From NCBI GenBank assembly GCA_023213395.1, contig CM041465.1, forward strand, positions 198,221,741-198,285,740: a DNA stretch of 64,000 nt, read 5' to 3'. Positions 14,701-27,170 of this stretch are shown in pieces; positions within the stretch are counted from its first letter, which is position 1; every line of letters begins with the position of its first letter. Source of the DNA: Cycas panzhihuaensis (lineage: Eukaryota > Plantae > Cycadophyta). The notes under the pieces were generated by a model. The model saw only the letters and a list, made by a program, of their open reading frames with translations. It had not been told where the DNA came from and ran no database searches. Position numbers and translations under genes: made by a program.

Positions 14701-15870
14701 TGAAGTTCATTATCCTCACATATGTATTTGAATGTGATGCATGCTAGTGTAATAATATGGACACTAACGCCCAACCCATGCTACTTCAACCCTTAAAGGT
14801 CCCTTAGCGTAAATGACAAGACATTACCATGGACTTCATTATAAGACTCTCATTATTAGCTAGGTATGACTCCATTTGGGTGGTCATCATCAATTTATTA
14901 ACTAAATATACCCATTTTATCCCTATCCATACTACTTACAAAGCCTCCTATTTTGCTAAACTCTACATCCAAATCATCTTTTACCTCCATGGTTTCTCAT
15001 CAGCTATTGTATCTAATAGAGATCCTAAATTCACAAGCACCTTTTGGAAAGAACTCTTTTATGTATCAAGAACATCTCTCTATATGAGCTTCTCCTCTTA
15101 CCCTCAAACAAATGGGCAATCCAAAATTCTCAACAAAACCTTAGAAATATACCTACGCTACTTTGCCTTAGAATATCAATGTCAATAGACCTCTTGGCTA
15201 TCCTTAGTTGAGTATTGGTATAATTCCTCTTATAACTCTATAATTAGTATTACTCTATTGATGGCCCTCTATGGCTATATCCTGCACCATCCCACCATAC
15301 TTTAGCCATCAATCTCTACATTGTTAGGCATAAGAAATACTATAGGACATAGATAAATCCTTCACACCCTTAAACAAAACTTGGCCTATGTACAAAATCA
15401 AATGAAGTAGCTAATAAAGATCCATTACTTTGATCAATCATTTAAAGTAGGTGACCTAGCCTTCCTTTGCTTTTAAACTTATAAGAAAAGATCTCTCTAT
15501 CATCATAAGTCCCACAAGTTAAGTCCCCACTATTATGACCACTATAAAATCACTCAATAAATTGGAGTAATTACTTATTCCCTTATCCTCCCCTCTAGGA
15601 CTAAGATCCATAACATCTTCCATATATCCTACCTAAGAAAACACTTGGGAAAGTCTGTCACACCCTAAATGACCCTTCCTACCCTCTAAGAAGAGGAGAT
15701 TCTTATAATTCCACCCATATGTATTCTGAATACCTAATACTCTCATCTCTAGAATAGAACTATCTTTGAGCATCTAGTGTAGTGGGCTAGTTGTGAAACT
15801 GAGGAGGCTACATGGGAATCTAAAGACTTTATCAAGTAACATTTGCATCTTCATCACTTTGAGGAATTAA
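11750..15870 (+). pseudogene. pol: Chromovirus gag-PR-RT-RH-INT-chromodomain relic
   Basis: LIDGDASLNFID (protease), LCVDYRTLNKLTIKNKF, FSKLDSKSGYYQI, IFIDNILIY, LECDTS, integrase ORF 14829-15188 (IVSNRDPKFTSTFW...PQTNGQS) and chromodomain EHLV*WASCETEEATWE. Confidence 0.9.
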
Positions 15871-15889
15871 CATTTCAAAAGGGGAGACC

Positions 15890-16262
15890 TATTATGTAAC
15901 CTTATAAAGTGAATAATACAAGCATCTAGCTATGTGGTTAAGGTGGTACAAGTTAATAATATTTATTGATAGGTGTACATGGGCCACATACCTCCACAAA
16001 TAGGATTGAAGCCCATACGACCCTCCAATAGGATGTTAGGAAATAATAGCCACTTCTATCTATTTAAGGTCATATATTTCTAAAAAGGGACTCATGTAAT
16101 AATCTCCTCCTGTGAGATTATACTTATATACATCTACTCTTTGGTGTCCATTAAGCTCTCTTGCACCCTAAATGTAACCTAAGCTATGTGCATTAATAAA
16201 AGAATCTATTTGTACTCTCTTATTACCTATTTGGAGTACAAATTATAGGTTAGATCATAACA
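15890..16262 (+). repeat. Chromovirus 3' LTR
   Basis: Follows the PPT, ends in CA and is followed by TSD TAGAT. Confidence 0.9.
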
Positions 16263-16267
16263 TAGAT

Positions 16268-16715
16268 CACCACAAGTATGACATATTTTTCACTTGTCTA
16301 TGCGTTAGAAGTAGTACTTCCATTAGAAATAGAGATCCCATCTCTAAGGGTATTAATGAAGGATTTTATCAATGAAGAATGACATTGTCAGGCCTACATC
16401 CTCAATTTAGAAGCCCTACATGAAGATCATCTTACTATATATAAAAGAAAAAAGGCTTTAAACTGAAAGATTATTAGGTCTATGATAAATATTTGAGGCC
16501 TCAAAAATTTACTCCATAGGATAAAGTTCTTAAGTTGGAATATCCGCATAATTGACTTCCAAAATTTACTCCTAAATAGCTAGGCCCATTTGTGGTTCTA
16601 TAGGATTTATTAAATGATGCATATCTAATTACAACCCTTAGGGCCTTAAATTTAAGAAATCTATAAATGGGCATTTTCTCAAAAAGTTTTTTAGTTGATA
16701 ATATCGCTACCTGCA
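16268..16715 (+). pseudogene. pol: Tat1 integrase C-terminus
   Basis: Continues the host frame across the TSD: TTSMTYFSLVYALEVVLPLEIEIPSLRV...KFTPK*LGPFVV (GPY/F motif). Confidence 0.88.
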
Positions 16716-16757
16716 CTCCAAAATGAGCTTAAACTATGAGATGCTTTGTATGAGCTT

Positions 16758-19700
16758 TGTTGGGATAATGCCTAATGTTTCAAAGAATGTGCAACTATCC
16801 TTAGGCCCCCAAACAACACCTCAGGCTATCTATAACTATCATGCAACCACTTGGAGTTGTTAGAGCTGAAATATAGCTACCAAAGTTGAGTAAGGTATGC
16901 TAATTTAATAATTCATTTATTATTTTATTTATTTTTTTGAATTTTGGTTAAATGTTAGGTAAAGGCATTTGTCACCTACCCAAGATCTATATATTGATGG
17001 AATGCCTCCTTAGAGTTTTTAAATACTGCCATTTAATATATGAAGATTATTACCTTATGATGATGGATTAACCTTATGATCCTCCCACTCTACTTATCTA
17101 TGCCTTCATTTGATATCAAAGCACATGGTTCAGCCCATGACACTTGAGTATTGCATTCTTTTCATTATTTTTCTTTATATTAAAGTTTATTATAAAGTTT
17201 ATCATTGGAATTTTAATACATATTAATGTGAGCGACCTCCATTTGATATACATATGCTCTATGTGATCTATTTGGATATTTAACTCTAAATCTTTTATAG
17301 TAAACTTAGTCATGTATAGCTATTAGTGATTTAGAAGGAAATAGGCTGGTATTTCAAGGATTATTTGTCATTTTTTAGTGGTTTTTAGTTCAGTTCTATG
17401 GATCAATAAGTAACCTAAACTTCAACACAGTTTAACTTCCAAATTAGTGGTCAAAACCCCTACAAGTGACTACTCATTTCAATCATAGCTGAGTCATCTT
17501 CTCAACAGAAGAATCCATTCAAGATTTTGTGCCTCCTTCATGGAGAAATCCTCCTCAAACTACTTATTATCACTTAGGTCTATAAAACCCCATAGCCATT
17601 TTTTTCCTCTCTTTGATTTTAATATTTTTATAAAAAATAAATAAATATAACTATTATATTTAGAGTCGTGCCCCTATTGAGAGCTCATTTAATTAATATT
17701 AATTCTATTTTATTACCTATGTATTTGTTGTTTATTTGCCCCTGCCAATATAATTTCTTAATTTTTAATATATTAAATTCATAATTTTTTTAAGTAATCT
17801 GGATCGATCTCCTCTAATAATTGATTTGGCTCTGGTCATCACTCATTTTTAATCAGATATGATCACATTTTATTATTCTTTAAGCTTAGATCTTGTCTCT
17901 GTACGACAACTAACTTCTAGACCTCATTACATCAATTTTTATATATTAAAAATTAGTTTTTTTGGTGATTTTGATCAATCCTTTAGTGTGGATCGATTAT
18001 ACCCTCATACACACTAATTTCAATTGTTCTTTTGCGGTTTTTTGATCATTTCTATGTGAAAATCTTGCTTTATTATACGTCGTTACCTCACACGTAGGTC
18101 ATTCTAATATATTTTATTTTTTTTATAAGGTTTTGAAGTGATTAAATCATATTTCATTAGTACTTGAAATCTAATACACATTTTACATTAGCCCCCTTTG
18201 CCATATTTTCTTAGTCATATTCAATCCCATATGACCGTGACCTTTTTGCTTTAAGGGCAAACTTAAAATTTTATAAGTTATTTTTTATAAATTTTTATTT
18301 TAAGAAGTTTAATTATATTTTATATATTTTGAAGTCCATTAGTCCCCTTGGGCTATTAATTGCTAGTCTTATTGGGTCTAACATGAACTTGATCTCATTT
18401 GTTAAGGGTCTAAAGAACTTTAATCATATTTTTCATTTTGATTTTTTCTCTAAAGGAGGGTAGTGTATGTTTTTTGCTGTAACTTAGCGTTGAGGAGTCA
18501 ATTTTATAATCTGTTAGATTCGTTGGATTCTTGACTCAGAGCCATATAGTCTAGTGTCCTTCTTTACTTAGTTTGAGCTAATTTTTATAGTGTCGATTAT
18601 GTCAAGGTTGACCTTTATTTATTGTGCATACTTCATTAGCCATAAACATGTCTATTCATAGCCTTTTTAATAACTTAACTTTTACAACTCTGTTTTTTAA
18701 ACCGTAAAAACCATCAAAAAGGATTTTCGGAGCTTTACACAGTGGAACTAGCTTCATCTCATTTTGACACTATTTTGTAGGTGTTTTAAGCTCCTCAAGT
18801 CAAGGCTCTGTTTCAGCCTTAATCATACATTTTTTATAATAGTTTTGAGCTAATTTTTTATATTAATTGAATATACTTGAGTCTTATTTGTATACTAATT
18901 AGTTATTAAAGATATTTATTAGATTTTATAAGCTTACAAAGTGATTTTTAGACTTTTAGCTCTAACTTTAACTTCTGAAGGATTAAGAGGCCTACTTGGA
19001 CCAATACAACAAATCAATACTTCTTACCTTGATTATTCTCTTTATCTAGCACTTTCATCTGAATTCAGAATATTTCATGAATATATTTGATCATTTTAAG
19101 TACTAAATCTTCATGAAAATTTTAAGGTTATACCTAGTTTACTTATAAACTTACAAAGGAGCTTCTCTCTATTTCATTCACATTATTACAAAGAATATTT
19201 GTAATGATCTTCATACATCTTAAAGTTTATTGGTTTATTAGTTAAAGAAGCTTTCTTATTTATCTTAAAGGTTTATTTTAAGCTTAAGAAGTGCATAGCA
19301 AGGGTATAGTTACAAGTCTCTTTTATTTATTTTATACATCAAATGTTTAATTAACATTCTTGGTTTAAGGGCATTCAAATATTGAAAGTTTCATTGATTC
19401 TTTGCATCACTTAAAGAAGGTGCATATAATATTCTTGTGTACTTTATATTCAAAGAGCATTTTAATTTAAGAGGCATTGGCTTGTATATTAGCATTCATA
19501 TTAGTTTATTAAGAAAGAATATCTTAATTATTTACTTCATTTTTTTTATAGTGAATTGATATAAAAGCATTGCTTATTATTTTCATTTAAAATATTTAGT
19601 TTTGCTTAAAGTTTCTTTCATTTTATTTCCTATTTTAAGAAAAACCTTTTATTATTTAAGTAAGACCATACCTAATATTATTTTTTCTCATATTAATAAA

Positions 19701-22700
19701 ATAATAACCTAAATCAACCACCTATTTTTCTAGCCTTGTAAGGGGAATGATTAGGACCACTACCACTACACATATATCTTTGGCCTACTAATATTAAATG
19801 CGGAACATCACTAGTTATTAGGTGTATTAGGTAGTACGCTAAGGTGTAGAACCTATCTCTTTTTTAGTGTTTAGAGACTAAGGCTAGACCTAGAGAGAGT
19901 CTGTGGCTTGGTTAGCAAAGCCATCACCACTAAATTTATTGCTAGGTATAAGACCAATGTAGGTGGACCAATAAATTAGGGGGGTCTAACCACCTTCTTA
20001 GTAGCCCATGTACTGAAGTATATTGAGCCTAGTACTCATGTATCAATATATTAGGTCCCTAGTTTACTACTTATGGGTAGGTGCCACTAGACATGATAGT
20101 AATTGAAAGTTTTCATTGGAGACATTTGGACTTAGAGCCTAAAAACCTTTGTAGAGACTAGGATACTTGATAGAAATTTTGAGAACTTTAAAACTTTATT
20201 TTTTGGGTTATTTTTTTTCAAACCTTAATTGGACATTATATTATTAAGAGTATTCTTATCAAAAGACTTATCAAAACTAGTTGAGACATAATGGCATCCA
20301 ACTTTGGTAATATGAATATCCCCAAATTCGATGCTTCTAACTTTCTGAATTATAGTAGGAGGATGAGACCCATCCTTGTAGCTAATAAAATGTGGGATAT
20401 TATGAGAACATGGTACACCAAATTAGGTCAAAACCCAATAGATCCTTAGAAGCTAGCCTATAAAACAAATGTTAAGAAAGATAATGAAGCACTTGTATTG
20501 ATATTTTGTGTACTTGAAGACCATATATTTCTAAGAGAGTGAATTAGTGACTTCGAAAGAGGTTTAGGACACTTTGCAATTAATCTATGAAGGGGTTACC
20601 TCATTAAAATTATAGACATTAAGAAGCAAGTTTGAAAATCTTAGGATGATGGTAAACAAATCTGTAACCAACTTATGACAAAAGTGTAAGAAATAGTCAA
20701 TTAGATGAGATCACTTAGGGATACTTTGATGGAATAAATAGTAGTCAAATAAATCTTGAGATGTGTTAGTACTATTAAAAGATTTGAAATGGTTGCTACT
20801 AGTATTAGTGTATCAAAGGACTTAATTGTATTAAAGATAGAGCAATTAAGTACCCTCTTGATGGCAATAGAGGAATAATAAAATACCAACGAATTTCTTG
20901 AATATGCTTTTTCTACTAAAGCAAGAATACAATCTAACTCACAAGTGGATACCTCCAAGACTAGAGATCAATCTCTAAAGGGATATAATAGGAACCCTAG
21001 ATAAGATGTACATTAAGAAAGACAACCTAAATATCAAGCTCCATACTAAAGAAGATAAGGAGCTAACCTAAGGAATACTAGCCATGATAGGCACTAAAGG
21101 CAAGAAAGAAATCAAAGGATAAGCAAGTGTTATCCAAATTGTCAAGGAGATATGCCATCTCAATGGACCAATCCTACTTATACAAATAATAGACAAAGGG
21201 AAACTCAAGCTCCATTCATGGAAAGGGGGAGACCATCTCATTTTGATAGGTACTATCCTCATAGCATAAGCCCAAGTTTTGGTAGATGAGATTCACCTTA
21301 TTGTACCTTTTACAATTGAGTTGGCCATAGATAAGATAAATGCTTTTCTAGACATGGTCTACCAAATAAAGGAAGTGCTAATATTGTTGTAGAAATAAGG
21401 GAAAATAATCACCTTTTTCTATCTAATTTCATTTCCTATGAAGAAAAATATAATAGTTGGTATATTAATTTAGGTTGTTTCACTCACATAACACACAAGG
21501 AGTGTCTATTCAATACTTTGGATAGAACCAAAAGGGGATCAATTATTTTTAGTGATGACATTTCTCATGAGTCTATTAGTAGAGGAAATATAGTGTTACA
21601 GATAGAATCAAGAAACTGTAGTACCTTGATGGTGTACTTTATATGTAAGCCCTTTAGAAAAACCTCCTATCTATAGGATAGATGATGGGCCAAGATTACA
21701 AGGTAATATTTGATAATAGAGAATGTATTATTAAAGACAAGAGATGAAACAACGTGATTATAGCCAAAGGAAAAATAACCAAGAAAAGACTCTTCAAACT
21801 AGTCCTTACTCCTAATAATTATGCCTTGAAAACATCAATAAAGCTTGATATTGACATGTGGCATAAGAGATTTATAGAGTTACATAAGTTTGGCATTGAT
21901 GAAGAGGATAGATATGATAGATGGGTTACCATATATTGATGTCGATAAAGGTATTTATGAAGGATGCTTTCTTGGGAAATAGCATAGGGAAAATTTTCTA
22001 GACAATAACTATAGAGCCATATGACCTCTCCAACTAGTTTATATAGATATTTGTGCTCCTATAGGTATTCCCTCATTAACAAGAGCTAGATATTTTATTA
22101 CATTCATTGATGATTTTATAAGGAAGACATGGGTTTATTTTCTTAAATTTAAATTAGATGTCTTTCAATACTTTGTCTACTTTAAAACCTATATAGAAAG
22201 ATAAAGTGGTTATAAAATCCTCTTTCTATGATCAGATAATGGGGGAGAGTTCATTTCAAACTATTTCGAAGCTTATTATGCTCATCATGGAATCAAAAGA
22301 TAACTTACAAACCCTTACACCCCCTAACAAAATAGTGTAGTAGAAAGAAAGAACCACAGTATAGTCAAAATGGTTAGGTATATGTTAAAAGACAAGAAAT
22401 TAGGACATGAATTTTGGGTTAAGGAAACTCACACAATTGTCTATTTAATCAATAGGTATACCACTAAATCCCTAAGATGGAAAACTCCTAAAGAAGCTTG
22501 GACCAGATACAAGCCTAATATCCATCACTTAAGAGTCTTTGGATGCATAACCCATGCATATATACTTGAACAAAGAAGATCCAAGCTAGATGGCCATAAC
22601 ATTAAATGCACATTCCTCAGGTACATTAATGCCTTAAAATCTTATAAAGACTATGATCCTAAATCTCAAAAGGTCATGGTAAGTCGAGATATTAAATTTT

Positions 22701-24861
22701 AAGAAGATGACTATTACTACATTGATGATATTCAAAACAAAAGGAGTGGTGTGATGATAAATCTTGATTCTACTAAGTCCAAATATATGCCACCTTGGCA
22801 TGAATCAAGATAAACAATTGATGTATCAAGTGGGGAGGGAACCTCTTCTCAACCTCCACCATAATACCTACCAAAATGGGTTTAAAGAAATCATAATATG
22901 GAAAACACCTTAGATAACAATTACAATCATAGATCTACTCATGTACATAGGGTAAATTTTTTCCTTTATGAGTCAACTTATGGAAACCCATAAGCCTCAA
23001 ACCTTTGATGAGGCTAATACATATGCTTCTTGGAGAAAGGAAATGGAAAGAAGAATATCACTCCATTATTAAGAATGATATTTAGGAATTGGTTGACTTA
23101 CCTCCAATAAAGGGCAATTGGTACCAAGCGGGTTTATAAAACTAAGTTTTATTTTAATGAATTAATCGACAAATATAAAGCTAGACTTATAGCTAAAGGC
23201 TATGCACAAAGATAAGGTATTGATTACAGTGAGACGTTTGCCTCTATTACATGAATAGAAATCGTACATATGATGATGAGCTTGGCAGTATAAATGGGAT
23301 GGAATGTTTACCAAATAGACATCAAAAGCACCTTCCTTAATGACTACATTAAAGAGGATATTTATGTCTCTCAACCCCTCAGTTTTGAAGTTAGGGGGTA
23401 AGAAGACAAAGTGTATAAACTTAAAAAAGCACTTTATAGTTTGAAGTAAGCACCCAAGGTTTGGAATTCCTGTATTAACAAATATTTTAGAGATCAAGGT
23501 TTTAAAAGGTCTCAATTAGACCCAAACTTGTATATCAAAAATAAGGGAGGGTATATTCTAATTGTAGTACTCTATGTAGGTGATCTTATCTACACTGGGA
23601 ATGCCCCCACCCTTTTATAAACCTTTAAGGAAATCGTGTGTAAAGAATTTAAAATGATAGATTTGTAATTAGTGTATTAGTTTTTAGGTTTGGAAGTATG
23701 GTAGGACAAAAATGGTATCTTCATCTCTCAAAGAAAATATACCTTTGACTTATTACAAAAGTTTAAAATAATCAATTGTAACCCTTTAGTAACTCTAGCT
23801 GAAATAGAAATCAAGCTATCCAAACTAGATGATTTCACATATGTTGATCTTATACTTTATAGATAGTTAATTGGTAGTTTGATTTACTTGACTTCTACTT
23901 GACCAAACATCATGCATTCAATCAATGTAGTATCTAGATTCATGTAAGACCTTAAGACTACTCATTGGCAAGTAGCCAAAAGGATTCTATGATAAAGGCA
24001 CTACAAAATATAGTTTATAGTATAAGGCTTCATCAAAATTTAGATTGATAGGATATACAAATTTAGATTAGGCAGGTGACATTGATGACATAAAATCTAC
24101 TTCAGGTTACACTTTTAGTATATGTTTAGTAGCCATAGCTTGGAGCACCAAAAAGAAAAATACATCCTCTTTATCTATAGCTAAAGTAGAATACAAAGTA
24201 GCAGTCTCTAGCACATGCAAAGCTCTACGATTAAGACAACTCTACAATATTTTCAGATTGAGCAAAGAGGACCAAATAAAATATGGTGTGATAATTAAAG
24301 TACTATTTAGATGACCTGGAATCCTATATTTCATAGCAGAACAAAGCACATAGAAACTCATCACTACTTCATTAGAAAATTAGTTCAAGCAGGTAAGATC
24401 GAATTGGCATATTATAGTATAGAAGATCAAATAACAAACATAATTACAAAGGCATTAGGAAAGATCAAATTTGATAAATTCAGGGATAAGCTTGGAGTTC
24501 TATGTAATGGCTATTATAGGAGAGAATATTAGGATAATGCCCAATGTTTCAAAGAATGTGCAGCCATCCTCGAGCCACCTATAGCTGCCATGTAGCCACC
24601 TGGAGTTGCCAGAGCTGATATGAAGCCACTAGAGCTGACTAAGGTATGTCAATTTAATAATTCATTTATTATTTTATTTATTGTTTTAAATTTTGGTTTA
24701 ATGTTAGGTAGAGGCATTTGTCGCCTCCCCAAAATCTATATATTGATGGGGAATGCCTCCCTGGTCTTTTTTAACAGTGCCATTTAATATATAAAAATTA
24801 CTACCTTATGATGATGGATTAATACCTTGTGATCCTCCTGCTCTACTCCTCGATGCCTTCA
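16758..24861 (+). mobile_element. Full-length decayed Ty1/Copia element A1 with a ~3.2 kb 5' leader
   Basis: LTRs at 16758-17108 and 24527-24861, perfect TSD AGCTT, PBS 'tgatatcaaagc' at 17111, PPT aggagagaa at 24518. Confidence 0.93.
20291..24532 (+). pseudogene. pol: Copia A1 gag-pol (GAG-PR-INT-RT-RH)
   Basis: MASNFGNMNIPKFDASNF, WYINLGCFTHIT, MWHKRF, FITFIDDF..SDNGGEF, YKARLIAKGY, LYVGDL, HSRTKHIE (ORFs at 22370 and 24311). Confidence 0.92.
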
Positions 24862-27170
24862 AGCTTAAATTGTCATAAACTCCTCTATGTATATAAATTA
24901 GGTTGTGGCTCTAAAACAAGCCTAAACTATTTATGCTCCACTAAGAGCTAAAACTTAAAAACTCTTTAAATTAATTATTAAAGAGGCTAAACTACAATGA
25001 CCCAAGTCATTCTAATATGCATGCTTATTATGGCATATCAATCTCAAGTGTCTATTACAATACCCTGTGCTCTAATACAAGCAAAACCTCCTCCCTTGGG
25101 TACCTTCCTATGGGGGAATTACAATTCTTTATGAGTATAAAATAATACTACACTTTGTCACATGTACAAACCATCATTTGTTAATACCAATTTGAAAATA
25201 ATATTAATTATAAAAAATTTCAAAGATATAAAAACCCAAAAATATATATATGAGTGAACATATATCTAATCTAATCCAACTCTAAAATTGAGAATATAAA
25301 CTATTTTTGTTTCTAAAGTGTTATATATGCATCATACACCATCCATGTGATGTGAAAGATACATAAGTAGTATTAAGAGCTCAAGCGTAGTCATACAAAT
25401 CTCATACAAAGATGTAAATCATAAAATAAGAGCTTAAATCAGTATCCTATATATATACATGTCTAAATATATATATATGTATATAAAGTTAAGAGAGATA
25501 GAGTTTTTTTAGGGTATAGAAGAGCTCAAATAAGCCAAAAGATACACATGCCCTAACCCTCATTGAGCTAGTTTACCTCTTCCAAAGAGATATAATAAGA
25601 TACATTATGATAGCACATGACATCAATGATATGAGATATATCATAAAAATCACACCCCATTGCCACTTATCTCTAAGGTGTCTTGGAGCTATGAGTGGGC
25701 CATATAACTTAGGGGCATTGTGAGAAGCTTGCCTCACTTACTTCATCCCTCTACCTTCTTTGATCATCTCTCTACTTAGTGGAAGTGTCTATCCTTGTAT
25801 ATATATATGAGAACCTCTCTGTCATATAATTGACCAACCTCTTATAAGAGGCATATGCCGGATCTCTCTTAATCATCATCATGGCAAGTTGTGTTATAGT
25901 CAATGCCAACTATGTATATAGAATAGTAATCTAAACCTTTGCCCCTAGCACAACCTATAACAAGGGCAAAATTAATGGTGTTAGGGCTTCCTATGAGGCT
26001 TGTCTACTCTATCTTGTCATCTAAGCTATCGTGCCTTAAAGCTAGGCTATGATGTCATCCCACTTAGCTATAGTAGTATCTCTCTCATTAATAATGGCAT
26101 CCCTCTAAGAGATCTCCACTTATAACTCCTCTTGCTTAGCTCCCCATATACCTAAGGCCCTCACTATTAGGATAAACACTATTATATGTGGCTGAGCAAT
26201 AGTTGTTCATCTATATCTAACATTAGAGGCTTCCCCTCCATATAAATCATCCTAAATAGGGAGTCTAATATTTAACGAGCAAAATCTAGGGTATACCTGC
26301 CACTTGTAATATGAAAATAATAAAGGAATAAATTATTATGAGAAATATAACATCAATAACTGAAATAACAACTAACTTTAGTTATGGCACTAAAAGAAAT
26401 AAAGATAAAGATAAGATGAATATCATCACTAACTCCCTCATTGTTGTCTTCCTATACGAGCCCTCTTATCCAATCCATACCACCACTAGCTAGACCTTCC
26501 ATAGTCCCTATAACCACTATGCCTTATATTGGGTCATGTTGAGGTGCTTCCTTAATAATTGGTTGTGTAGCTACCTAATTTCTACCTCTATTACACCCCT
26601 ATATAGTTATGGCCTCCTCCTCTACATCGAAGTCCCAATGAACTCCAATATAAAGATATGAAGTATACTTATCCATCCCTATCATGCTAGTGACTTAGTG
26701 TATACTATCCTACTCATCTACTTGGCTACTTTGAGACTATGGAATTAGGTAATCCACATATGGACCAAAGGTCCTTAATCATCCACTGGGTATAGACTTG
26801 CTCTCAGTCCCATGCCTTTGAAGTGATCAAAGAACTAATACTGGAGAAGTGTATAATATGTAAAAACATGATGCTTAGTTGTATAAATTTGGTCTAACTA
26901 TGCTAGCATGTTAACCATAATAAATGTGGTCTAATACAATATCTCTCTATCTTTGTAATGATAAGCAACCTCTATCTAACCATCAAGGAACTTAGTATAG
27001 TTCTATCGATGAGTGATATGAAATAAGATAGCATAAACAATGAGTTTTTATATTGATAAAACTCCTAAAGCTAGCAAATAGTCAAGGTTATTGCCTTAAT
27101 GATCCCACTCACCTCATTGACAGAGGAATTGAGCAACAAATGTATGTGCCCTATTAGTGATAGGCAATGT

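Larger units (their letters stand above)
9818..16262 (+). mobile_element. Full-length decayed chromovirus Ty3/Gypsy inserted in the Tat1 integrase
   Basis: LTRs at 9818-10088 and 15890-16262, perfect TSD TAGAT, PBS tggtatcaaagc at 10091, PPT aaaaggggaga at ~15877. Confidence 0.93.

Noticed and set aside
19725-20165. Hammerhead ribozyme or retrozyme in the structured leader
   Set aside because: No CUGAUGA...GAAA core found by eye.
23162-23515. 117-aa antisense ORF, 'conserved' with 54272-54625
   Set aside because: Both are the reverse-strand shadow of the Copia RT in related elements A1 and A2. The conservation is explained by RT.
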